From the NCBI RefSeq assembly GCF_036365525.1, contig NC_090384.1:85408413-85472412 (forward strand): 64,000 nucleotides of DNA. Direction: 5' to 3'. Of the stretch, positions 26,208 to 36,739 are shown piece after piece. Source of the DNA: Heterodontus francisci. Lineage: Eukaryota. The notes under the pieces are model-generated. The model searched no databases, had not been told where the DNA came from, and saw nothing but the letters and a program-made list of their open reading frames with translations. Every line of letters starts with the position of its first letter. The first letter of the stretch is position 1. The position numbers and the translations under genes are program-made.

Positions 26208-26874
26208 GGGCTGAATTTTATTTTGGTGACGGGGGCTCCCGGTACAGACAGGGGTGGGGATGTGGGGGTGGCCCCGCCTCAGCCCTCTATTGGACCCCCG
26301 GCTGAATTCAATCACAGGCAGTTAATTAACTGCCCACCATTGGTGATGCTGTCCCTGTAAGGGAAAGATCCCACCCCAAGAGCTGCTGGCCAATCAGAGG
26401 GCCACAGCTCAGCAGTAACAGCAGCTCCACTGGGAGCGGTGGCCAATACTGGTGCTGCATAAGACCGGAGCAGCGAAGGTGGAGGAGGCCGCCAGGACCA
26501 AGGAAAGTTGTGCCAGAGTTGCCAGGGCCACTCAGACAGGCCCCAGCGGGGGGTGTGGGGGAGTATGGTTGGGGAGGGCATGGGGGGTGCTCCTGCCATA
26601 GGGATGGCTATCGTCATCAGGGGAGCCCTCCATGGGCCATGGATTTGCCCCTAGAATGTGTCCCCCCCACCCCTGGAGGTGTCTCCATGCCTCAGAGGGC
26701 CCCTCCAACATTGGCTAAATGCTATCAGAAGTGGGAGGTGGCCCTTTATTGGTCCTTAATGGGCCACTTAAGTGGCTTAATTGGCCACTGCAGCGGACAA
26801 TGTGGCATGGGGGCAGACCAAAGTCAGAACACACCACCCGACGCCAGCCGCCTCCAAGGACCAAAATCCAGCCC
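26208..26874. mobile_element. Harbinger-type MITE
   Basis: GGGCTGAATTTT ... AAAATCCAGCCC; internal motifs gccaatcagagg and ttaattggcc/cacttaag shared with 45698-46354 and 63247-64000. Confidence 0.82.
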
Positions 26875-28964
26875 CTGATTTCAACAAAGTCAGAGTTTAG
26901 GAATAAGGCAGTGTTGGTAGGATGGCATATTTGAAAGAAATGTGAGAGGAGCATTCAGAGGAGAGTGCTTATAGTGATGTATTTGAATAGAATAGAACAT
27001 TATATTGTCAAAGAAGAATGTGTTCTGTCAAATCAATGAAATTATATTCGGATAAAAATTCCACTGCTGTGGGTCAGCAACACAGGTCTTTGCCAAACGG
27101 AATGCAGGAGCAGAGATCATGTATGATACATGCTGTGAATGCTCAGCCTGGGATTTCTAATGCAAGTAGTGCCTGTGATGCAATATGCAACCATTGTTCC
27201 AGCGTGTGCGCCTCATTACATGTCGGAATTTTACATGCTCGGCGGCAAAGCTACTCAGCCCTGCATTTTGCACCAATTCAGACCTATAAGGTAACATCAT
27301 TGGTATGTACCTGCAAAAACGCACCTTTTCAGTTCAGCTCTTTTGTCCATGTTTGAACCAAGGCTGTGATGAGGTCAGGAGCTGAGTGGCCCTGGTAGAA
27401 TCCAAACTGAGTGTCACTGAGCAGGTTTTTGCTAAGCAAGTGCTGCTTGATAGCACTGTCAATGACACCTTCCATCACCTTATTGATGATTGAGAGTAGA
27501 CTGATGGGGTGGTAATTGATCGGGTTGGATTTGTCCTGCTTTTTGTGCACAGGACATACCTGGGCAATTTTTCACATTGCCGGGTAGATGTGAGTGTTGT
27601 AGCTGTACTGGAACAGCATGGCTAGGGGCACGGCAAGTTCTGGAGCACAGGTTTTCAGTACTATTGCCAGAATGTTGTCAGGGCCCGTAGCTTTTGCCGT
27701 TTCCAGTACCTTCAGTCATTTCTTGATATCACGCAGAGTGAATCAAATTGGCTAAAGACTGGCATCTGTGATGATAGGGACTTCAGGAGGAGGCCGAGAT
27801 GAAACATCCACTCGGCACTTCTGGCTGAAGATTGTTGCAAATGCTTCAGCCTTATCTTTCGCACTAATGTGCTGGGCTCCCCCATCATTGAGGATGGAGA
27901 TATTTGTGGAGCTCCCTCCTCCTGTTAGTTGTTTAATTGTCCACCACCATTCACGACTAGATGTGGCAGGACTGCAGAGCTTAGATCTGATCCGTTGGTT
28001 GTGGGATCCATTGGTTGTGGGATCGCTTAGCTGTCTCTCACATGCTTCTTACGCTGTTTGGCATGCAAGTTGTCCTGGGCTGTAGCTTCACCAGGTTGAC
28101 ACCTCATTTTGAGGTATGCCTGGTGCTGCTCCTGGCATACCCTCCTGCACTCTTCATTGAACCAGGATTGATCCCCCGGCTTGATGGTAATGGTAGAGTG
28201 GGGGATATGCCAGGCCATGAGGTTACAGATTGTAGTTGAGTACAATCCTACTTCTGCTGATGGTCCACAGCACCTCATGGACGCCCAGTTTTGCATTGCT
28301 AAATCTGTTCGAAATCTATCCCATTTAGCAAGGTGGTAGTGCCACACAACACGATGGAGGGTATTCTCAATGTGAAGACGGGACTTCGTCTCCACAAGGA
28401 TTGTGCAGTGGTCACTCCTACAAATACTGTCATGGACAGATGCATCTGTGCCAGGCAGATTGGTGAGGACCAGCTCAAGTATGTTTTTCTTGTTGGTTCC
28501 CTCACCACCTGCTGCAGTCCCAGTCTAGCAGCTATGTCATAGAGTCATGGATTCATAGAGTCATAGAGTCGTACAGCATAGAAACAGGCCTTTCAGCCCA
28601 CCGCGTCCATGCCGACCATAATGCATTAATTCCATATCCCTCCATGCCTTGTTCATTCAAGTACCTGTCCAGATGCCTCTTAAATATTGATACTGTTCCT
28701 GCCTCCACCACCTCCTCAGGCAGCTCATTCCAGATACCCACTATTCTTTGTGTGAAAAATTTAACCCTTTGATCCCCTTTAAACCTCCTCCCTCTCAACT
28801 TAAATCTATGCCCTCTAGTTTTACTCACCCCTAACATGGGAAACAGATTCTGGCTAACTACCCTATCTATGCCTCTCATAATTTATATACCTCTATCATG
28901 TCCCCTCTCAGCCTCCTTCGCTCCAGGGAAAACAGACCCAGCCTATTCAATCTCTCTTTATAAC

Positions 28965-31526
28965 TCAAGCCCTCCAAACCAGGCAACATCCTGTGAATCT
29001 TTTCTGCACCCTCTCTAGCTTAATCGCATCTTTCCTGTAGTGCGGCGACCAGAACTGCACACAGTACTCCAAATGTAGCCTCACCAACGTTATGTACAAC
29101 TGTAACATGACGTCCCAACTCTTGTACTCAATGCCTCGGCCGATGAAGGCAAGCATGCCATGCGCCTTCTTCACCACCCTGTCTACCTGTGTTGCCACTT
29201 TCAGGGAACTATGTACTTGCACCCCAAGGTCTCGCTTCTCAACAACACTCCCCAGGGCACTGCCATTAACTGTATATGTCCTGCCCTGGTTTAACTTCCC
29301 AAAATGCATCACTTCGCACTTGTCTGCATTAAATTCCATTTGCCAATCCCTTGCACACTTTCCCAGTTTATCTATATCCTGTTGTAACCTTAGACAACCT
29401 TCTTCACTGTGCACTATACCACCAATTTTGGTGTCATCTGCAAACTTAGTAATCATACCCCCTACATTCACATCCAAGACATTAATATATATGACTAACA
29501 ACAGAGGGCCCAGCACCGATCCCTGTGGCACACCACTGGTCACCGGCCTCCAATCTGAAAAACAACCCTCCACTACCACCCTCTGCCTTCTATCACCAAG
29601 CCAATTTTGTATCCAATTGGCTAGCTCATCCTGGATCCCATGTGTTCGAACCTTCTGGATCAGCCTACCATGCGGGACCTTGTCAAAGGCCTTGCTAAAG
29701 TCCATGTAGACAACATCCATCGCCCTGCCCTCGTCAATCCTCTTGGTCACCTCCTTGAAAAACTCAATCAAATTCGTGAGACATGATTTCCCACGCACAA
29801 AGCCATGCTGACTATCCCTAATCAGACCATGCCTTTCCAAATGCATGTAAATCCTGTCTCTCAGAATCCCTTCCAATAACTTTCCCACCACTGAGGTAAG
29901 GCTCACCGGCCTATAGTTCCCTAGCTTATCCCTGCTGCCCTTCTTAAATAAAGGCACAACATTAGCTATCCTCCAGTCTTCCGGGACCTCACCCGTGGCT
30001 AACGATGATACAAAAATCTCTGCCAGGGCCCCAGAAATCTCCTCCCTTGCTTCCCATAGCATCCTAGGATACACCAGGTCAGGCCCTGGGGATTTATCCA
30101 CCTTAATGCGCTTAAAAACCTCCAACACCTCCTCCTTTGTAATGTTGATATGCTTCAGGATATCGCTGTACCCTCCCTTGAACTCACTAGCTTCCATGAC
30201 CTTCTCCATAGTAAATACAGACGTGAGGTATTCATTTAAGACCTTGCCCATTTCCCGTGGCTCCACACATAGATTGCCACACTGATCCTTAAGGGGACCT
30301 ACTCTCTCCCTAGCTACCCTTTTACTTTTAATATACATATAGAATCTTTTAGGATTCTCCTTTATCTTATCTGCCCGGGAAATCTCATGACCCCTTTTTG
30401 CCCTCCTAATTTCTTTCTCAAGTGTAGTCCTACATCCCCTATACTCCTCGAGGGACTCGCTTGATCCCAGCTGCCTATACCTGACATATGCCTCCTTCTT
30501 TGGCCTGACCAGACCCTCAATATCCCTCGTCCAAGCTTCCCTAAACTTGCCAGCCTTGCCCTTCCATCTAACAGGAACATGCCGGCCCTGAACTCTTCCT
30601 ATCTCACTTTTAAAAGCCTCCCACTTGCCAGACGTCCCTTTACCTGTAAATAGTCTCTCCCATTCAACTTTTGAGAGTTCCTGTCTGAAGCCATCAAAAT
30701 TAGCCTTCCCCCAATTTAGGACTTCAACCTGAGGACCAGTGCTGTCCTTTTCCATAACTATCTTGAATCTAATAAGAGTTATGATCATTGGTCCCAAAGT
30801 GCTCCCCTCTGACACATCAACCACCTGCCCAGCCTCATTTCCTAAGAGGAGGTCGAGTGTAGCCCCTTCTCTAGTAGTGCCATCCACATACTGCTTCAGA
30901 AAACTATCCTGGACACACTTAACAACTTCTTCCCCATCTGATCCCTTAACACTCAGGCAGTCCCAGTCAATATTAGGGAAGTTAAAATCACCTATTGTTA
31001 CAACCTTATAATTCCTACACCTATCTGTGATTTCCCTACATATATGCTCCTCCAATTCCCTCTGACTATTGGGGGGCCTATAGTATAATCCCATCAAAGT
31101 GATCACCCCTTTCTTATTTCTAAGTTCTACCCATATGGCCTCGCTGGACATTCCCCCTGGGATATCCTCTCTAAGTGCTGCTGTGATGTCCTCCCTAATC
31201 AATAGTGCAACTCCCCCTCCTCTCTTACCTCCACCTCTGTCATGCCAGAAGCATCGGTACACCGGAACATTGAGCTGCCAGTCCTGCCCATCCCTCAACC
31301 ACGTTTCCGTAATAGCTATAATATCACAATCCCATGTACCGATCCATGCTCTGAGTTCATCTGCCTTACCTGTAAGACTTCTTGCATTAAAGTAAATGCA
31401 ATTTAGCCTACCAGACCTCCCCGTCCCGCTCCTGCCCGACCTGCCTACTGGACTTGCTTTAACCTCTACATTTGCCTCAACTATCTCATCTGAGAGACTA
31501 CTACTTTGGGTCCCACCTCCCTGCAA
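28965..31526 (-). CDS. CR1 ORF2 (APE endonuclease plus reverse transcriptase), 853-codon open stretch; C-terminus frameshifted into 28553-28879
   Basis: YFNARSL, IAITETW, YYRPP, GDFNFP, KSPGPD, NYRPVSLTS, QHGF, DFSKAFDKV, GVPQGSVLGP, KFADD. Confidence 0.9.
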   Translation of the reverse strand: MQGGGTQSSSLSDEIVEANVEVKASPVGRSGRSGTGRSGRLNCIYFNARSLTGKADELRAWIGTWDCDIIAITETWLRDGQDWQLNVPVYRCFWHDRGGGKRGGGVALLIREDITAALREDIPGGMSSEAIWVELRNKKGVITLMGLYYRPPNSQRELEEHICREITDRCRNYKVVTIGDFNFPNIDWDCLSVKGSDGEEVVKCVQDSFLKQYVDGTTREGATLDLLLGNEAGQVVDVSEGSTLGPMIITLIRFKIVMEKDSTGPQVEVLNWGKANFDGFRQELSKVEWERLFTGKGTSGKWEAFKSEIGRVQGRHVPVRWKGKAGKFREAWTRDIEGLVRPKKEAYVRYRQLGSSESLEEYRGCRTTLEKEIRRAKRGHEISRADKIKENPKRFYMYIKSKRVARERVGPLKDQCGNLCVEPREMGKVLNEYLTSVFTMEKVMEASEFKGGYSDILKHINITKEEVLEVFKRIKVDKSPGPDLVYPRMLWEAREEISGALAEIFVSSLATGEVPEDWRIANVVPLFKKGSRDKLGNYRPVSLTSVVGKLLEGILRDRIYMHLERHGLIRDSQHGFVRGKSCLTNLIEFFKEVTKRIDEGRAMDVVYMDFSKAFDKVPHGRLIQKVRTHGIQDELANWIQNWLGDRRQRVVVEGCFSDWRPVTSGVPQGSVLGPLLLVIYINVLDVNVGGMITKFADDTKIGGIVHSEEGCLRLQQDIDKLGKCARDWQMEFNADKCEVMHFGKLNQGRTYTVNGSALGSVVEKRDLGVQVHSSLKVATQVDRVVKKAHGMLAFIGRGIEYKSWDVMLQLYITLVRLHLEYCVQFWSPHYRKDAIKLERVQKRFTGCCLVWRA

Positions 31527-31528
31527 GA

Positions 31529-31781
31529 CTAGTTTAAACCCTCCCGAGTAGTACTAGCAGATCTCCCCGTAAGGATATTGGTCCCCTTCCAGTTCAGATG
31601 CAGCCCATCCTTCTTGTACAGGTCACCTCTGCACCAGAAGAGATCCCAATGATCCAAGTAGCTGAAGCCCTCCTGCCTACACCAGCTCTTCAGCCATGCA
31701 TTCATTTGCCTTATCCTCCTATTCCTACCCTCACTAGCACATGGCACAGGGAGTAATCCTGAGATTACAACCCTAGAGGTC
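31529..31781 (-). CDS. CR1 ORF1 C-terminus (SGNH/GDSL esterase-like)
   Basis: TSRVVISGLLPVP...MNAWLKSWCRQEGFSYLDHW...LYKKDGLHLNWKG with block V DxxH. Confidence 0.88.
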
Positions 31782-32602
31782 TGCGGTAGGTGGTAATCAG
31801 CAGGAGGTTTCCTTGTCCGTGTCCTTTAGGATTCGGCCAGCTCGGTCAGGAGTGGTGCTACTGAGCCATTCTTGGTGATGGACATTGAAGTCCCCTGCCC
31901 AGTGTACATTCTGCACCCTTGCTACCCTCAGTGCTTCTTCCAAGTGCCGTTCAACATGGAGAAATACTGATTCATCAGCTGAGGGGAGGCGGTAGATGGT
32001 AATCAGCAGGAGGCTTCTTTGCCCATGTTTGACCTGATGTCATGAGACTTCATGGGGTCTGGAGTCGATGTTGAGGACTCCCAGGGAAACTCCCTCCCAA
32101 CTGTATACCACTGTGCCACCACCTCTGCTGGGTCTGTCCAGTCTTTAGGACATTGTCTGTAAAGTATAATTCAGTGAGTATGACTATGTCAGGCTGTTGC
32201 TTAACTAGTCTGTGGGACAGCTTTCCCTTTTGGCACAAGCCCCCAGATGTTAGTCAGGAGGACTTTGCAGGGTCGACAGGGCTGGGTTTGCCATTGCCAT
32301 TTCTGGTGCCTAGGTCAATGCCGGGTGGCCTGTCGGTTTCATTCCTTATTGACTTTTTAGAGGTTAGATACAACTGAGTGGCTTGCTAGGCCATTTCAGA
32401 GGGCATTTTAAGAGTTAACCACATTGCTGTGGGTTTGTAGTTACATGTCAGCCAGACCAGATAAGGGCAGCAGATTTCCTTCCCTAAAGGGCACTAGTGA
32501 ACCAGATGGGCTTTTGCGACAATTGACAATGGCTTCATGGCCATCATTAGACTAGCTTTTTAATTCCAGATTTTTTATTAATTGAATTCAAATTCCACCT
32601 TC

Positions 32603-32692
32603 TGCCATGGTGGGATTTGAACCCATGTCCCCAGAGCAATACCCTGGGTCTCTGGGTTACTAGTCCAGTGACAGTACCACTACGCCATCACC
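32603..32692 (-). promoter_or_regulatory. tRNA-derived RNA polymerase III type-2 promoter (A and B boxes) at the LINE 5' end
   Basis: Minus strand GGTGATGGCGTAGTGGT (A box) ... GGGTTCAAATCCC (B box and T arm); anticodon-like arm CTGGA-CTAGTAA-CCCAG; long variable arm CCCAGGG-TATTG-CTCTGGG. Confidence 0.8.
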
Positions 32693-33232
32693 TGCCAAGG
32701 GACAGCATGTCGATGAGAAATAGGAAGGGGCCAAAGATAGATCCTTGAGGCTTATCAGCAGTACTGATGTGGCAGCAGGAAGTGAAACCATTGCAGGTGA
32801 TTCTCTGGCTACGACTGGATAGATAAGAATGGAACCAGGCGAGTGCAATCCCACCCAGCTGGATGACAGTGGAGATGCACTGGAGGAGAATGGTGTGGTC
32901 AACCAAGTCAAAGGCTGCAAACAGGTTGAGAAAAACGAGGAGGGATAGTTTACCATTGTCACAGTCATTTGTGATTGTGATGAGAGCTGTTTGGTACCGT
33001 GGCAGGGACGGAAAACCTGGTTGGAGGGTTTCTGGGAAAGATGGCCATGGATTTGGGAGATAGCAGCAGATTCAACGACTTAGGAGAGGAAAGGAAGGTT
33101 GAAAACAGGGTGATAGTTTGCAAACATCCAGCGATTAAGGGGTTTTTTTGAGGAGAGGGGCGATGACAGCAGCAGAAATGGAGACAGTACTTGAGGAGAG
33201 AGACAATTAACAATATCTGCTAACATGTGAGA
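32693..33232 (-). mobile_element. L2 LINE RT fragment
   Basis: MVDHTILL...ALAWFHSYLSSRSQ...PQGSIFGPFLF. Confidence 0.85.
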
Positions 33233-33949
33233 CAGGACAGTAAGTGGTTACTTACACCACCATGTGCAGTTGTCTCAATCATAGAGGAAATTGGACCTAT
33301 TCAAGGAGCTGTGTTCATAGAATATTCCACCATTGCTTCAACTTATCTGAGAGCTGAGGGCTTTTCACCACTAATGTTGGACTAGAGAGGCTGTAACAGA
33401 AATTTGCCATATGCAGAACACCAAATTTCCCCTATGATTGGGATGACTGCATGTCATGGTGTGTCATCCCTTTCTTGAATGTTTAAGAAACTGTACCTTT
33501 AAGCTGTTGCCCTACAGTACTCTAGTCTGCATCTCCCAGCACATGGCCTAATCTACAATGGGAGCCCAGGGAGAGAGGCGGAGTTGGTGGTGAGGGAATG
33601 GAGTTCGCAGTGGGGCCGAAGATAATGGTATGTAGACAAGATGCCTTGGAAAGACCTACGAGATCCCCTTCCTGTGTCAATAATGTGAAATGGGCCTGTG
33701 AACTGATGGGTGTGCTCCCAACAGAAATTCAATCCTATTGTGCATAATGATGCACAAGAAAACATTACACTTTCATCACATTGGGAAAGCTGAGTTTGCA
33801 TTTAGAGTTGGCTTCCATGAAACTTGAACAGCTGTCATCAATCGTCATTACACACGGAATGCAAGACTGGTGCAACTGCCATAGTAATTAACAATATGAT
33901 AGCTGTGCAGCTCCTTACGAATTGCCTGTAAATTAACTTGTTGGCAGTG

Positions 33950-34950
33950 ATGAAATAGAGAAAGAGCAAAGTGAGGTACAATGCACCTAAATATCAGAAG
34001 GACATGGATCTTAACACAACTGGACCAAAAGGTGGTAGAAGCAATTTAATAAGTATAACATAATGAGTATGGCAGTAATAAATCAAACACGTGTGTTATA
34101 TGGCAAATGATTTGGAAAGAGATTTCAGACTGATATAGTCAATACCTCTATTAGTTTATCAGCACAGGACTTTTTAAGAACTTAAAAAACGACAATTCAG
34201 GTACAAGTTTATAATAACGGAAGGGTAAATCAAAAGTAGTTGTATTGTTGATGTATATGGCAGCGTTTGGATATCATCTGGAGTACTGTTTCATCTAATT
34301 GTGTTCAGTTTTTTGTTTAGTTTTGCTCATCGGGAGGATATTACTATCCTTGAGAAAGGGTATAGTGCTGAGTAGCATAGATGATTCTGAGTAAAAGGAA
34401 TTTAAATTATTAAAGATTAAAGAAGCTCATTTGCTTTTGCGAAAAGTGGATACCTTAAGATAAGCTAATTTACGTTTCAAGAATCTGAAGGAAAGTGTTA
34501 ACATTTATCCAAGTAAATTGCTCGTTGTAAAGAAAGAATCAAATACAGTCGCCATCACTTGCAGCAGCTGTGCCTGAGATGTCTGGTCTAACAGCCATTA
34601 TAAAGTTAAATGTATTGTCATGATTCTCCCTAAAACACCTTGTTCTGAATCGGTGTAATTCCTGTACTATAAATTACATCAGTTGCACTCATCTAGAGAT
34701 AGTTTCAGCTTTAATCTCTTTACCCAAAGAGTGGTTAGAATGTGTAACTCGCTACCACAAGGAGCAGTGAAGACAAATACCAGACATGCATTTAAGGGGA
34801 GGCTAAAGAAGCATATAAAAGAGAAAGGAATAGAAGGATATGTTGATAAGGTTAGATTAAATAGGTGGGAAGAGACTTGTTTGGCACATAAATGCTGGCA
34901 TAGAACAGTTGGGATTAATAGTGTATTTCTGTGCTGTACATTCTATGTAT
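33950..34950 (+). mobile_element. Old decayed CR1 fragments
   Basis: catctggagtactgt/gttcagttt remnant; LFTQRVVRMCNSLPQ plus 3'UTR at 34710-34950. Confidence 0.6.
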
Positions 34951-35372
34951 TAATAGGTAATAAAATTTGTGAACTGGGTGACTCAATGTAGGCGCCCAGC
35001 TGACCGTGGACCACGTCCAAATCCCAGGATGGCTAGTAAAGAAAACAATTTGTCACAGGAGGTTTGGAGCATCCATAACCTGAAGTTTTGACATCAATCA
35101 CTGGCTTACCTGTTAATAAGACACTGGCCACAAGTGGTTTCTGCCTGGAATGAATGCAGTGCTAAAGACGCTACAATTGGCAACTTTGAAAGTGATGTTA
35201 ATGCAAATGGTTTTCAATTTTTGGCTAATGTGGACTTTTTAAATGATGGTGACTGTGCCAGAAAATGCAAGTTAAAATGTCAAGTAAGAGGAAAATGGGC
35301 AATTTTTCACAAAGTGTAGTAGATTTAGAGAATAATCCAACAGGGAAGGCTACTGAAGCAGATATTGCAAAT

Positions 35373-36482
35373 CAAGGTTGTCCAACCTTTACGTGTGGGG
35401 GAGAGGGGGGGGGGGCACATTCCAATTTTTGTCTTACATGGGGTTCTGGTGAGAGAATTTTGGAAAGACAAAGGCATTAAGATTTATCTTACTATTAATC
35501 AAAACAGCAACAAATGTACATTTTTGTGAAGAAGATTTTAATGAGAAGACTAATTTATTGACTTACTTCCTTGGGCGGCACAGTGGCGCAGTGGATAGCA
35601 CCGCAGCCTCACAGCTCCAGTGACCCGGGTTCAATTCTGGGTACTGCCTGTGTGGAGTTTACAAGTTCTCCCTGTCGCTGCGTGGGTTTTCGCCGGGTGC
35701 TCCGGTTTCCTCCCACAGCCAAAAGACTTGCAGGTTGTTAGGTAAATTGGCCATTATAAATTGCCCCTAGTATAGGTAGGTGGTCGGGAAATATAGGGAC
35801 AGGTGGGGATGTGGTAGGCATATGGGATTAGTGTAGGATTAGTATAAATGGGTGGTTGATGGTCAGCACAGACTAGGTGGGCCGAAGGGCCTGTTTCAGT
35901 GCTGTATCTCTAAACTAAAAAACTAAACTATCACTCTCTCTGTATCCCCCCTTTCTCTCTCTGCCCCCTCCCTCTCCTCTCTGTCCCTCCCTCTCTATCT
36001 GTCTGTCACTCTTTATCTCTCTCTCTGTCCCCCTTCTCTCTCTCTGTCCTTCGTTCACTCTCTATCCCCCACTCCCCTCTCTCTCTCTCTCTTCCCCTTT
36101 TTCTCTCTGACAGTTGCAGAGAGTGGGAAAGTTCAGCAGATGGTTGATCAGGTTTTTTTAACAAAATGTCGCAAATCAGTTTCACAGCTGACAATTGCTG
36201 ACAGTGGGAACAACCATTCCCCAACTTTGGACAGATTTAGGGTTTTTTAAAAGCCCACCAGAAACCCCCAAATCTGTTCGAAGTTGGGGAACAGCTGTTC
36301 CACTGTTAAACTGACTTGCAATGTTTTTAAAAAGGCTGGTGTGCAAGTAGAAGACAATGGGAAATTTCTAATTTCCAGTCACGGATGAGGAATGATGCCG
36401 AGTACAGTTTACATCTGCGGGCCGGAAAGAAACCTTTGGCGGACCGGATCCTGGCCTACAGGCTGTATGTTGGACAACTCTA
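35373..36482. mobile_element. Non-autonomous hAT element, second copy, containing a SINE and inserted in a decayed CR1 tail
   Basis: CAAGGTTGTCCAAC ... GTTGGACAACTCTA; TSD ttgcaaat / gtgtaaat; colinear with 19157-19350 and 23680-24101. Confidence 0.8.
35573..35930 (+). mobile_element. HE1-like tRNA-derived V-SINE
   Basis: A box TGGCGCAGTGG, B box GGTTCAATTC, V-domain gcgtgggtttt...ccgggtgctccggtttcctcccaca, CR1-like tail ggtgggccgaagggcctgtttcagtgctgtatctct. Confidence 0.9.
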
Positions 36483-36739
36483 GTGTAAATGGATTTAAAA
36501 GGTAAATGAAGGAGCTTCTGGAGTTAAAGCGGTCTGAGGTAAATGGTGAAATAAATGGTAATGAGGATTGACTTCTGATAAAGGAATGGATTTATGGAAT
36601 ACAATCCCATTTACCTACTCAAATGCTATGCTCAAAAACCAATCACTAATTGTTTACAGATTTCAGTTCTTAATAAAGCAATTACAAACCAGTCCTGAAT
36701 TATTCCGTTATCTACTCAAGAATTGCAATGTTTTCCTAC

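Larger units (their letters stand above)
28539..31781 (-). mobile_element. Young CR1 (HER1-like) LINE, 5'-truncated within ORF1
   Basis: ORF1 end, near-complete ORF2, (atgactct)n tail; tgtc repeated at both junctions. Confidence 0.96.
27321..32692 (-). mobile_element. 5' half of a tRNA-headed, ORF1-less CR1/L2-group LINE (32692-31823 plus 28538-27321), interrupted by a CR1
   Basis: tRNA-like head, ~330-nt leader, APE motifs KVLLTNIWGL, PDIVILTE, WAGDFNVHH, RSDH, then RT start NYHPISLLS...QFGF; frameshifted. Confidence 0.85.

Noticed and set aside
10770-27321. 16.5-kb inversion splitting one LINE
   Set aside because: An ANO3 exon inside the interval keeps the same orientation as exons outside it, and the L2 flanking the head does not resume after 11918
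29092-31395. Plus-strand ORFs of 90-205 aa
   Set aside because: Antisense shadows of CR1 ORF2
32603-32692. Functional tRNA gene
   Set aside because: Poor acceptor stem, no downstream T-run terminator, contiguous with retroelement sequence
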